A stretch of DNA of 24,127 bases from positions 1-24,127 of the IMG/VR virus record IMGVR_UViG_3300025502_000149. One strand, 5' to 3'. Shown piece by piece: positions 9,159-17,363 of the stretch. Below the pieces are notes generated by a model. That model made no database searches. It was given only the letters and a program-made list of their open reading frames with translations, and was not told the origin of the DNA. Position 1 is the first letter of the stretch, and the number at the start of each line of letters is the position of its first letter. The translations under genes were made by a program, and so were the position numbers. This DNA is from a virus. Taxonomy: Duplodnaviria > Caudoviricetes.

Positions 9159-9964
9159 ATATTTAATAGTTCTTTAACCCTGTCTTTATAAGTGAACTTA
9201 CTATTACATAAATTATAACCCTTTCTCCTCATAACTTCTAACTCACTAGGATTATCTAAGTAATACTGAATCTTTTGATGCAACTCCTCTGTACTCTTGT
9301 AATAAACAAGATTGTCTCCCCATTCCTCATATAAACCTCTTAAATACGGGTGAATAAGGAACCCACCAGAGCCAACCAAAAGATATACACGATTAGACCA
9401 ATAATCATTATCTGAAGGGAAGTCTGGAGCTACTATTATTTTTAACGATGCACACAGGTCATTAAGGTCATCATTATAGTAACCAAAATAATTATGTATA
9501 TCGAACTTATCTTTTAGGTCTTTAAACCATTGTATTCTATCTTTATACAAAGAACCTATAAATCCAACCTCACTGCCTATCTCCTTTTTGTTACCGACAA
9601 ACCCGTTACCTATACCCTGTCTTAAAACTTTACATTTTGGATATTGTTTTGCCCAAGTTCCATCTGTCATGAATATTGTATCTGTAAGAGGGTATATATC
9701 GTTAAACCATTTAATTCTTAAATCCCATATCTTGTCAAAATACCAGCAAACCTTTTTACACTTAGCAACTTTTAGTATTTCTCTTATTTTTTTTCCTCCT
9801 TTATGGAAAAGCAACATATCGTAACTTTCAAAGTCCTCAACAAAAACATTGTCCTCGTGTATGCGTAAAACATTATGCCCAAATGATTCTAAAGCACGCG
9901 TAATATGTCCTTCTGTATTATCTGACATTCTATTACCATGTTTTCCTATGTATACGATTCTCAT
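9143..9964 (-). CDS. Glycosyltransferase (CgeB/Glyco_trans_1_2-like, 273 aa)
   Basis: VGFIGS, YWSNRVYLLVGSGGFLI, ELHQKIQYYLDNP and TYKDRVKELL motifs. Confidence 0.8.
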   Translation of the reverse strand: MRIVYIGKHGNRMSDNTEGHITRALESFGHNVLRIHEDNVFVEDFESYDMLLFHKGGKKIREILKVAKCKKVCWYFDKIWDLRIKWFNDIYPLTDTIFMTDGTWAKQYPKCKVLRQGIGNGFVGNKKEIGSEVGFIGSLYKDRIQWFKDLKDKFDIHNYFGYYNDDLNDLCASLKIIVAPDFPSDNDYWSNRVYLLVGSGGFLIHPYLRGLYEEWGDNLVYYKSTEELHQKIQYYLDNPSELEVMRRKGYNLCNSKFTYKDRVKELLNICQNQ

Positions 9965-10722
9965 TTGAGTTTTGGTGTTTTCCTAGGTTGTGTTTCTTGT
10001 GAAACGCTAAGTTTGTTTAAAAGTTCCTTAGGATTCCATTTACGCATAGTTAATTCCCTTTGCAAGTCATTATAGTACTCGCCTGCTTTAAATCTTTTGT
10101 TAGGGTCAAACTGTTGATACCTTTTAACTTTCTTTGCCCTGTCTTCTGGGTTCATTAGTCCGTAATGTAAAAGATAGTAAGGGGCGTGCCAGCCATATTT
10201 ATAATATATAGGAGGTGCAAGTCCACAGTGTAAAGACTTCCTTAAAAATTGGAGCCCATATTCTGGTAGAAACTTATAAAAGCGTATATTCCAAAATCTC
10301 TGTATCCCAACATCATGAGCAAAGTGTTTTTCGTCATTATAAAGATTAACAACAAGGAAGTTGTACGCTATTTCGTCTGACATGGTTAATTTCTCAGCTT
10401 CTTCCCGTGTGAACTCAGGTGCGAACACCTCATCCATATCTAAAGCTACAATCCAATCAGGATTCATTTCTCCAGCCTTAGTTAATAAGTCTGTTTTTAT
10501 ATCGGGCTGATATACGCCCCATTCTCGGTTGTCTTCGTAGTATTTGAAGCAATACTTGTCTAGTAGGTCTTTCTCGGCTTGTGTGGCATTACAGAGGGCA
10601 ATAAGAACATCATCACAGAGTCTTTTAAACTCATCTAATGTCTTTCTCATGTATCTTAGTGATTCACCACCACCACAGACACCTATTCCGATGATTCTAA
10701 TTTCAGAAGTTCTTTGTACCAT
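9961..10722 (-). CDS. GT-A fold (GT2-like) glycosyltransferase (253 aa)
   Basis: PDWIVALDMDE (DxD motif), LHCG, LLHYG, RAKKVKRY. Confidence 0.78.
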   Translation of the reverse strand: MVQRTSEIRIIGIGVCGGGESLRYMRKTLDEFKRLCDDVLIALCNATQAEKDLLDKYCFKYYEDNREWGVYQPDIKTDLLTKAGEMNPDWIVALDMDEVFAPEFTREEAEKLTMSDEIAYNFLVVNLYNDEKHFAHDVGIQRFWNIRFYKFLPEYGLQFLRKSLHCGLAPPIYYKYGWHAPYYLLHYGLMNPEDRAKKVKRYQQFDPNKRFKAGEYYNDLQRELTMRKWNPKELLNKLSVSQETQPRKTPKLK

Positions 10723-10901
10723 GTTATTTTCTCTAAAGCCTTTTCCATGTTACGAGTACAAGCATCTATTTGTTTTCTTTGTTCTCCATTAGGTTCTAAT
10801 ACAGCATCGAGTTCTTTTTTAGCCACATAATTAGTAGCATATTTATTCTCAAGGTCTTCTATAACTTCCTTAATCTTCTTTTGTATTGGTTTTTTCATCA
10901 T
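10683..10901 (-). CDS. Hypothetical helical protein (72 aa)
   Basis: Fills the gap between overlapping minus-strand genes. Confidence 0.55.
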   Translation of the reverse strand: MMKKPIQKKIKEVIEDLENKYATNYVAKKELDAVLEPNGEQRKQIDACTRNMEKALEKITWYKELLKLESSE

Positions 10902-11211
10902 TTAAATATAATTTTCTTGGTAAACGCCCGGCTTTGATAGCTTTCTTAATCTCTCGATTAACATAATTATCAATCTGCTTTGCGACCTTTTGATTTTCAA
11001 TAGTTTTGGTTCTTGAAAATTCGCCAGCATCGTAAAGGTTTTGTATCTTTTCTTTTAACTCAGGGCGGACTTTATCGGAAGTTAAAGCTTCCTCCATAAC
11101 CATTTTCATTGTCGGAGTTGCTTCTTCTTCATGATAAACAGCCTTCCTTAGATTTTCTGGAACACTAGCTTGTATTTCTCTTAAAACTTTATTTACTTGT
11201 TCTTGTGTCAT
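10870..11211 (-). CDS. Hypothetical protein (113 aa)
   Basis: Start overlaps the upstream stop (TAATG). Confidence 0.65.
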   Translation of the reverse strand: MTQEQVNKVLREIQASVPENLRKAVYHEEEATPTMKMVMEEALTSDKVRPELKEKIQNLYDAGEFSRTKTIENQKVAKQIDNYVNREIKKAIKAGRLPRKLYLNDEKTNTKED

Positions 11212-11558
11212 TAGAATTGTGATGGATTCCCACGATTATCCATTCGGTCATGGTTCGGTGGAGGAACAACTGTTTTGCGTGCAATTTCTATTTCTTCCAA
11301 CATAGCATCAGAAATTATTTTCTTTGCTCCTTCCATATCTGTCTTTGCCACCAGATTAGCTTCAGCCACTTTGGTATTGAACTGTTTACCGTCAGATGTT
11401 CCTATTAGTCTTGGAGGTTTTTCTCCAACATAAAGACAGCGTGGATGTGCGTACTGCTTCCATGCTTCTTTATCTCCGTCTATAGGAAATATAGCACCGT
11501 CTTCCTTTTCAAAAAAATAGATTCTGCTCGAGACTCTAGGTCTTCCTTTAGGATTCAT
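11211..11558 (-). CDS. Hypothetical protein (115 aa), first gene of the post-capsid cassette
   Basis: ATG 8 nt after a TATAAT, so probably leaderless. Confidence 0.65.
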   Translation of the reverse strand: MNPKGRPRVSSRIYFFEKEDGAIFPIDGDKEAWKQYAHPRCLYVGEKPPRLIGTSDGKQFNTKVAEANLVAKTDMEGAKKIISDAMLEEIEIARKTVVPPPNHDRMDNRGNPSQF

Positions 11559-11566
11559 ATATATAC

Positions 11567-11612
11567 ATTATACATAATCAAAAACCACCTCGCAAGAGGT
11601 GGCTGTTGATAA
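11567..11612 (-). promoter_or_regulatory. Promoter TTGCGA-N17-TATAAT with upstream DnaA-like box TTATCAACA
   Basis: -10 at 11572-11567, -35 at 11595-11590, box at 11612-11604 (1 mismatch to TTATCCACA), 8 bp upstream of -35. Confidence 0.6.
11580..11602 (-). terminator. Intrinsic terminator after the major capsid gene
   Basis: CCACCTC-TTGC-GAGGTGG 7-bp stem followed by TTTTT on the minus strand. Confidence 0.75.
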
Positions 11613-11628
11613 CTTTTTAAAGTTAAGA

Positions 11629-12558
11629 CTATGAACCGATGAAAGCAGACGAACCGTTCAATAGAACAGCAGCTTCTTCTCTCAATACAGCTACACCGTA
11701 AATCATGTCTACGACTGCAAGCATACCGAGGTTGCGAAGTTGATTTTCCATCTGAACTCGAACTCTGTTTCCGCCCTTAGTCTGAACAGCGAAGCCAAAT
11801 GCACTCTTATGGAGCAAAAGGTTTCGATATGTCTGAAGACCTGAAACGATAACAGTAGTTGTGAATACTGGAATACCATAAAGTGTTCCTTTGTAGTTCA
11901 TTTTATATCCTGAAGTACTTCCGAAGTTACCAGTCATTACCATACCTTCTCCTGTTGAAGAAACAGAATACTGTTGGTAGTACTTAGTAATTGCATGAAG
12001 TTGATTCCAGAAGATATAAGGGTGAACGAAGAACGCACACTCTGATAGTCGGTATTTCAATGATTCAAGTGATTCAATCGCCTGACGGATTTCAGCATCG
12101 GCAAGAACTGTTGCAGTATCTCCGATAGTGTTAGTTGTAACACTTGACCAGAGTCCAGCAATAGCTGACTCCAATGATTCAACGAGCAAACTAACTGCTT
12201 CTCGAGCGTAAACTTCGTTTACATTGTACTTAGAAGCAATTTGCTGCAAGTCTTTATCTCCGATAATCCAAGCTACATACTCATGTGTGTTGATAGCTAG
12301 AGTTGTATCAACTGTTGCAGGTCCTGCAGTAGTGATTTCAGCTCCTTGTGTCGACTGAGTAGAAACTGTCAAAGCGTTGGTATAGAAGTCAGGTACATGA
12401 AAAATGTCTGAGCCTTCTGTAGCGAAAGATGATAGGTCAGTTACGAAGTTTGAGAGAACTGCGTCATCGAAAGTTTTTTCGTTAACAATAGTTGTCCAAG
12501 TTTCGCTAATAACTGAGGCTAAATCTGTACTTGTGAATGGGTCTGTGGTAACAGCCAT
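11629..12558 (-). CDS. Major capsid protein (HK97 fold, 309 aa)
   Basis: ISETW at the N-terminus, GSDIFHVP, GTLYGIPVF, LLHKSAF, DMIYGVAVLR; lies after the scaffold and before a terminator. Confidence 0.88.
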   Translation of the reverse strand: MAVTTDPFTSTDLASVISETWTTIVNEKTFDDAVLSNFVTDLSSFATEGSDIFHVPDFYTNALTVSTQSTQGAEITTAGPATVDTTLAINTHEYVAWIIGDKDLQQIASKYNVNEVYAREAVSLLVESLESAIAGLWSSVTTNTIGDTATVLADAEIRQAIESLESLKYRLSECAFFVHPYIFWNQLHAITKYYQQYSVSSTGEGMVMTGNFGSTSGYKMNYKGTLYGIPVFTTTVIVSGLQTYRNLLLHKSAFGFAVQTKGGNRVRVQMENQLRNLGMLAVVDMIYGVAVLREEAAVLLNGSSAFIGS

Positions 12559-12590
12559 AATGGTTTAGTAGCCCTTTATTTATTCGGGGG

Positions 12591-13163
12591 TTACTGTGAT
12601 GAATTAACACCAGTCTTTCGGAATCTTGATTCAAAAGCTTTCTGTTTGTCCTCTGCTGAGGCGTTGGAGTCTTTTAGAACTTCATGAACAGGTTTGCCGT
12701 TGTATGTTGGGATTCTTCCAGATGGTGACGGAGTCGCTTCATTTGACTTATTCACTTCGCGATACTCTTTAAGGTGAGATTGACCTGATTTACTTTTAAT
12801 GTATTTAATAGGGTCAACTCCTAAATCTTTGGCTTCTGAACGAAGCTCACTGTATTCTTCCGAAGATAGATTACGCAAAACATCTAGGTTATCAGCGATA
12901 ATGTCTGAGTCCAATGCTTGTGGCACTGTTTCCTTAGGCTTCTCCTCTTCTTTTAATGTTGGTTTACTTTTTTCCAGCTCGGCTTTAAGAGATGCAATTT
13001 CATCGTCTTTTTTCCTTGCTTTTTCTCGCCACTGTTGTTTTTTTGCGATGGTTGTTTTTAGGTTGCTCTTTAGAGCTTCTGTATCAAATTCATCGACTAC
13101 AATAATGTCGTCATTGTCATTTTCTACATCAGGGACAACTTCCTGTACTTTATTTTCATTCAT
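12591..13163 (-). CDS. Probable capsid scaffolding protein (190 aa)
   Basis: Acidic N-terminus, charged coiled coil, ATPSPSGR near the C-terminus; directly upstream of the capsid gene. Confidence 0.7.
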   Translation of the reverse strand: MNENKVQEVVPDVENDNDDIIVVDEFDTEALKSNLKTTIAKKQQWREKARKKDDEIASLKAELEKSKPTLKEEEKPKETVPQALDSDIIADNLDVLRNLSSEEYSELRSEAKDLGVDPIKYIKSKSGQSHLKEYREVNKSNEATPSPSGRIPTYNGKPVHEVLKDSNASAEDKQKAFESRFRKTGVNSSQ

Positions 13164-13222
13164 AGGTTTTATCCTTATATTTATAACTAGGTTTTTATAG
13201 AGGTTTGCCTGCCTCTGCTTTT

Positions 13223-13462
13223 TTAATTGTACGGATTCACTTCTACTGACTTTGGTTTGCTTGTATTTTTAATCTTGTTTATCAGATGTTCTTCGATTAT
13301 CTTAGATGCTTTAACGACTGATTCTTTTGAATCCTCATCGGTCATATTTCTTGCATCGCAGATATGAGACACGAGTCTTTCTGAATAATCAACTAGCCAG
13401 TTACCTGTTTCAGTACCTGAAATTGACTTAAATACCTTTATGTCTTGTTCTGTTAGTTTCAT
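13223..13462 (-). CDS. Hypothetical protein between portal and scaffold (79 aa)
   Basis: Start overlaps the portal stop (TAATG). Confidence 0.7.
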   Translation of the reverse strand: MKLTEQDIKVFKSISGTETGNWLVDYSERLVSHICDARNMTDEDSKESVVKASKIIEEHLINKIKNTSKPKSVEVNPYN

Positions 13463-15156
13463 TATACTGTTTGTGATACTTGACTAAGTCCTTGAACCGC
13501 TTGTGGGGAAGCCAGAGACCCTCCGACCTGTGGCTGTTGTCCTTGCTGTGGCTGGTCCTCAGTTAGGTTAAGTTCAGCAGGGGAGATTCCTCCAAGTGAT
13601 AGAAGATAGAAGAGAAGTGAACGAGAAGGGGAGTTAGGTTGTAATACTCCAGGATTCTGACCTACAATCTGCAAAGCAAGCTGTACAATCTGAGAGCGAG
13701 TACCATTGTCAATAGATTCTCCTGTAATGTTCACATCAACCGTATATTTAGCTGACTTGTAGAAGTCTTTTGGAATATCGTAGTAACGATTCTGTTTTTT
13801 ACCTAGTTCTGAGAGAATACGAGTTTTCGCTTCATCTCTCTGAGCCTTGTCAGGATAGAAGCCATGTTTCTCTGCATAGTTTATTGTTGCATCTGCTACT
13901 AGGATTTCTGCAACTGCTTTATCTAGCTTATCTCCATCAGCTTCTGAACCGGAGAAGGTGAGTGTGTGTTCTTTTGCTGATTGTTTGACACAGTCAGGCA
14001 AAAGGTCATTTAGAGTTAATTCTTTTATGAAAAGACCGTAGTTTTCACGCTTAAGTTCAAAATATGATGTCGCAAATGAAGCTTGGAGGTTTGCTACACC
14101 TAATGGAGTTCTAGAAGGGAGGTTTGCACCAGATGTTATGTCAGATGTGAATGTTTTTCGCTCTGTATTTGTAGACCAGTTGTTTCTTGTATTATTAAAT
14201 GCACCAAGATTCCTTTCTTCCATAGCAACTGCAGTGATTTCTGAGTTAGGGGTTAATATATCCCCGTTCTGTGTTCCTGTTAGGAGGTTAGCACCTTTGA
14301 GGTCACTATCTCGTGATTGATATAGTTTTAGTGAAGTGAATTTCAATCCGGCACGCTCCAGGTTCTCAGCTTCGTTAATGGCTACCTGATTTTCCTCAAG
14401 ATACTCAACAAAACCAAAACCTAACCAGCGACCTGGTACTTTCTCCCAAGAAAGCTCACGATATGGCAATTTAGCATCTTCTTCCTCAAACAAAGTAATT
14501 CCATCAATAAAATCGTTAGATTCGTCATTCAAATCTGCTTCTGTACCACGAACAGTACCTTCTTTGGTCTTTCTATCAAAAAGATTTCCTGTAATATAGC
14601 GTTCCCATTTAGAACCGTTACGGGCATAGCAGTCGTAAACTACAAAATCCTCATCATCTGATGAATTAAGCAACTCTTTAACAGAATCTTTCTCCCATTT
14701 CATGTTTTCAATCTCTCCTCGAGACATTGTTATGAGTTCATACACAAAAGGAGATTTTGCGACACTCTTTGCACTAGGGTGTATACGGATATTTTGGATA
14801 TTTACCTTTTCCCAGGTGTTTTTTACCTTTTTAATTATTACTGAACCATATTTAGGATAGTCAAAAGAGATTTCGTTTAATAAAGTTCCGAAATTCTCAT
14901 TTTTTAGATACTGCTTTAGCTTTTTCTGTAGAAACCACACCTTAAACTCTGACTGGTCAGATTCAGGTGTCAAAATAATGTCCTTAGTGTCTAAATCTAC
15001 GAACTTTGTTGCTATATCACAAGCTGGTTTAACTACATTAAAGAAGAATTTGCGGAATCCTAGGTCGTCATACTTACCAGTCTTAAATTGAGAGTTGTAA
15101 TATAGGTCTATTAGCTTAAGTGTCTCAGGTATATTATGTGAATAACCCCCCGGCAT
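13462..15156 (-). CDS. Portal protein (564 aa from ATG; possibly 582 aa from CTG at 15210)
   Basis: Follows TerL; size fits; PGRWLGFGFVEYL and TSDITSG motifs; Gln-rich C-terminal tail. The frame is open upstream past the CTG at 15210. Confidence 0.85.
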   Translation of the reverse strand: MPGGYSHNIPETLKLIDLYYNSQFKTGKYDDLGFRKFFFNVVKPACDIATKFVDLDTKDIILTPESDQSEFKVWFLQKKLKQYLKNENFGTLLNEISFDYPKYGSVIIKKVKNTWEKVNIQNIRIHPSAKSVAKSPFVYELITMSRGEIENMKWEKDSVKELLNSSDDEDFVVYDCYARNGSKWERYITGNLFDRKTKEGTVRGTEADLNDESNDFIDGITLFEEEDAKLPYRELSWEKVPGRWLGFGFVEYLEENQVAINEAENLERAGLKFTSLKLYQSRDSDLKGANLLTGTQNGDILTPNSEITAVAMEERNLGAFNNTRNNWSTNTERKTFTSDITSGANLPSRTPLGVANLQASFATSYFELKRENYGLFIKELTLNDLLPDCVKQSAKEHTLTFSGSEADGDKLDKAVAEILVADATINYAEKHGFYPDKAQRDEAKTRILSELGKKQNRYYDIPKDFYKSAKYTVDVNITGESIDNGTRSQIVQLALQIVGQNPGVLQPNSPSRSLLFYLLSLGGISPAELNLTEDQPQQGQQPQVGGSLASPQAVQGLSQVSQTV

Positions 15157-15221
15157 TTCTACATCAGAGTAGTAAGCTTGTATGTTTTTTCTTGTTGAAG
15201 TGTAACTCAGATGGAATTAAG

Positions 15222-15234
15222 GCTCTTGAAGAAC
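15222..15234 (-). promoter_or_regulatory. Candidate Com-type RNA hairpin GUUC-UUCAA-GAGC
   Basis: Preceded by AGA and 11 nt before the in-frame CTG of the portal; same geometry as 5152-5164. Confidence 0.35.
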
Positions 15235-15241
15235 TCTTTTT

Positions 15242-16690
15242 TTAATTGTAAATATATTTTACCACCTTTGTCTTTTTTTGTCTAACTTCCCTGTCAAGCA
15301 TATTCCTCTCTCGAACAGTGATAGGTTGAATATTCCAGTAAGCGAGCATCGTGGACATCAACTGGTCATCATGATAACCATTCTGAGCTCCCGCACCTTT
15401 TTTCTGAGCCTCATTAGAATAAATAAACACTTTCATTTCATCTACAGTTACAGAATCTCTAATAACTGGGAACTTTTTATCAAACAATGTCCTCATGTGT
15501 TCAATCAAAAGATTCTTAGATGAAAAGTTTGTAGAGAATCCTAGCTTCTTGGTATTCTTTCGTTCTCTCTGGTCAAATATTTCCCTTTCGTAAATCCTAT
15601 CGTAGATTTTTTTCAAATCATTTACAAACGCCTCCCCTATCCCAGTAATCTCAGGGACAACTAAAGGCTTCTTAGATAAAGAATACATCATAGCCAACTG
15701 AACGGTCTTCTCTACCTGTACATTAGTCGGTACATAGCCTTTATAAGACGCTACAAGCTCCCCGGTATCCTTATTGACTACTTTAATACCACATGGGTCA
15801 TTAGCTCCAGTAGATGGGTCTACCCCTATCTGATACTCATTGAGCTTAGGCTCTTCCCATATCTCAATCCCATCCAATACCCTAACAGCCTTCCTAGTAT
15901 GCAAATCTTGATATTTTATATGCTCCTCATCAAATACCCCACCCTCAACCAAAGTATCAGGACTCCAAATACCATGAACATATCTATCCACATACCTCTT
16001 CGGCTTAGATAACATATCCGTAATGAAATCAGGACTAAGGTTCTCCTTATTATCCAGCATAGAGGTTTCAATCAGCTTAGTCCCATGTCTTGGATTAACC
16101 TTAAAATAATCATAAGCCCAGAAATTGGCTGGGTTAGTAGTGAAGTTCATTTGCTGAAAAGGTACATTCCTTCTTAGACGACCCGACAACCCATCAAACA
16201 CCCTCATCTCAATCTCCTCCAACTGGTCAATAAACACAGCTCCTAAGTTCAAAGACTTAATCGCCTGTTCCGCTTTCTTAATATCCTGCCCTGCCCCAGC
16301 CTGCAAAGCATCCAGCCCAAAAAATATAATCTCGCTACCATTAGCAAACACAATCTTTCCAGGACCAACCTTATGAATAAAAGTACCAGAAGGAAATATA
16401 TCCATAATATCCGGCAAAGTAGCCCTCTCAACATCCTGCCTACTCTTCCTCCCTAACAGGATACGATTACCAGGAAAGAATACACTCAATAAATATAACT
16501 TAATAATAAACCCAGTAGTCTTACCAGAAGCAAACCCTCCACAAACCAAAGTATATCTCTCCTTAGAATTAACGAAATCTAACTGCTTAGCATTTAACTT
16601 CACACCATTAAAATCCTCAATATCAACCTCTCCATCAAGCCATCTCTTTCCTAGTGCTTCCCATGCTGACCATTCGTTGTTGTTTGACAT
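15242..16690 (-). CDS. terL: Terminase large subunit (482 aa)
   Basis: LNAKQ, Walker A GGFASGKT, Walker B-like VFIDQLEE, TTNP coupling motif, IGVDP nuclease Asp, HDD. Confidence 0.93.
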   Translation of the reverse strand: MSNNNEWSAWEALGKRWLDGEVDIEDFNGVKLNAKQLDFVNSKERYTLVCGGFASGKTTGFIIKLYLLSVFFPGNRILLGRKSRQDVERATLPDIMDIFPSGTFIHKVGPGKIVFANGSEIIFFGLDALQAGAGQDIKKAEQAIKSLNLGAVFIDQLEEIEMRVFDGLSGRLRRNVPFQQMNFTTNPANFWAYDYFKVNPRHGTKLIETSMLDNKENLSPDFITDMLSKPKRYVDRYVHGIWSPDTLVEGGVFDEEHIKYQDLHTRKAVRVLDGIEIWEEPKLNEYQIGVDPSTGANDPCGIKVVNKDTGELVASYKGYVPTNVQVEKTVQLAMMYSLSKKPLVVPEITGIGEAFVNDLKKIYDRIYEREIFDQRERKNTKKLGFSTNFSSKNLLIEHMRTLFDKKFPVIRDSVTVDEMKVFIYSNEAQKKGAGAQNGYHDDQLMSTMLAYWNIQPITVRERNMLDREVRQKKTKVVKYIYN

Positions 16691-16812
16691 GATATTGTTT
16701 GTATTGTGTTATAAAAAGTGATTTTGGTGATTTTGGGGAGGGGGCTATTTATATCTAATTCGCCACAGAATAAGTGGTGATACCGTACCCCCCCCCGTAT
16801 AGCCCTCGTTTA

Positions 16813-16840
16813 ACTACCGACAATGTATATTGTGCGACAC
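16813..16840. other. dif-like (Xer-type) 28-bp site
   Basis: ACTACCGACAA-TGTATA-TTGTGCGACAC has 11-6-11 architecture with partially inverted arms. Confidence 0.45.
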
Positions 16841-16843
16841 GGG

Positions 16844-17314
16844 CTAATCATTCTCTTGTGGTATGTCATATGGTGGCTTGGTTGAGCCATCGTTGCGTTC
16901 CTTAACAGTTACATTCAATATAGGTACAACTGTTTTACCTTGTTCTTCATCACCTAAATCAACTGAGTATTCCTTTGCTAGTGCCTTAACTACTTTTAAC
17001 CTTGTAGATAGGTCTTTTTCCTGTTGTGCTAGCCATTTAATGTTCTCCATCAAATCATCCTTACTAATTCCGACACGTTCTGCCATTGTCTTAACTTCCT
17101 TGATATTTAACTTACTTGTATCTACTAACTTAGCCTTTGCTTCTTCCTCTCTACTATTTAACTCATACCTTAAAGCCGATGCTAATATCCTTTTCTGTTG
17201 TGTGTTAGAGGTATGTTCTGAAAACCCTGCCTCTTTAGCTGCCTTAGTAACCACATAATTATGCTTTGGTAATACTTCTAAGAACTTCTTATACCTCATA
17301 GGTGAACTTGCCAT
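16844..17314 (-). CDS. terS: Probable terminase small subunit (156 aa)
   Basis: VTKAAKEAGFSEHTS HTH motif typical of TerS; upstream of terL. Confidence 0.75.
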   Translation of the reverse strand: MASSPMRYKKFLEVLPKHNYVVTKAAKEAGFSEHTSNTQQKRILASALRYELNSREEEAKAKLVDTSKLNIKEVKTMAERVGISKDDLMENIKWLAQQEKDLSTRLKVVKALAKEYSVDLGDEEQGKTVVPILNVTVKERNDGSTKPPYDIPQEND

Positions 17315-17321
17315 GCCGTAT

Positions 17322-17350
17322 ATTATACCTAATAGTAAGTTAACTGTCTA
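17322..17350 (-). promoter_or_regulatory. Promoter TAGACA-N17-TATAAT for a leaderless terS transcript
   Basis: -35 at 17350-17345, -10 at 17327-17322, ATG 7 nt downstream. Confidence 0.7.
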
Positions 17351-17363
17351 ACTCATTAAAGAC

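Noticed and set aside
13199-13216. Hairpin AGAGG-CAGGCAAA-CCTCT upstream of the scaffold gene as a third Com site or terminator
   Set aside because: It has an 8-nt loop, lies 35 nt from a normal ATG and has no U-tract on the coding strand, so it fits neither pattern well.
13219-15250. Shared TACAATTAAAAAA at the ends of terL and the 79-aa gene
   Set aside because: This is a low-complexity AT-rich 13-mer that includes the stop codon, and is plausible by chance.
12799-17258. Plus-strand ORFs antisense to scaffold, portal, terL and terS
   Set aside because: They have no recognisable motifs and fully overlap well-supported minus-strand genes.
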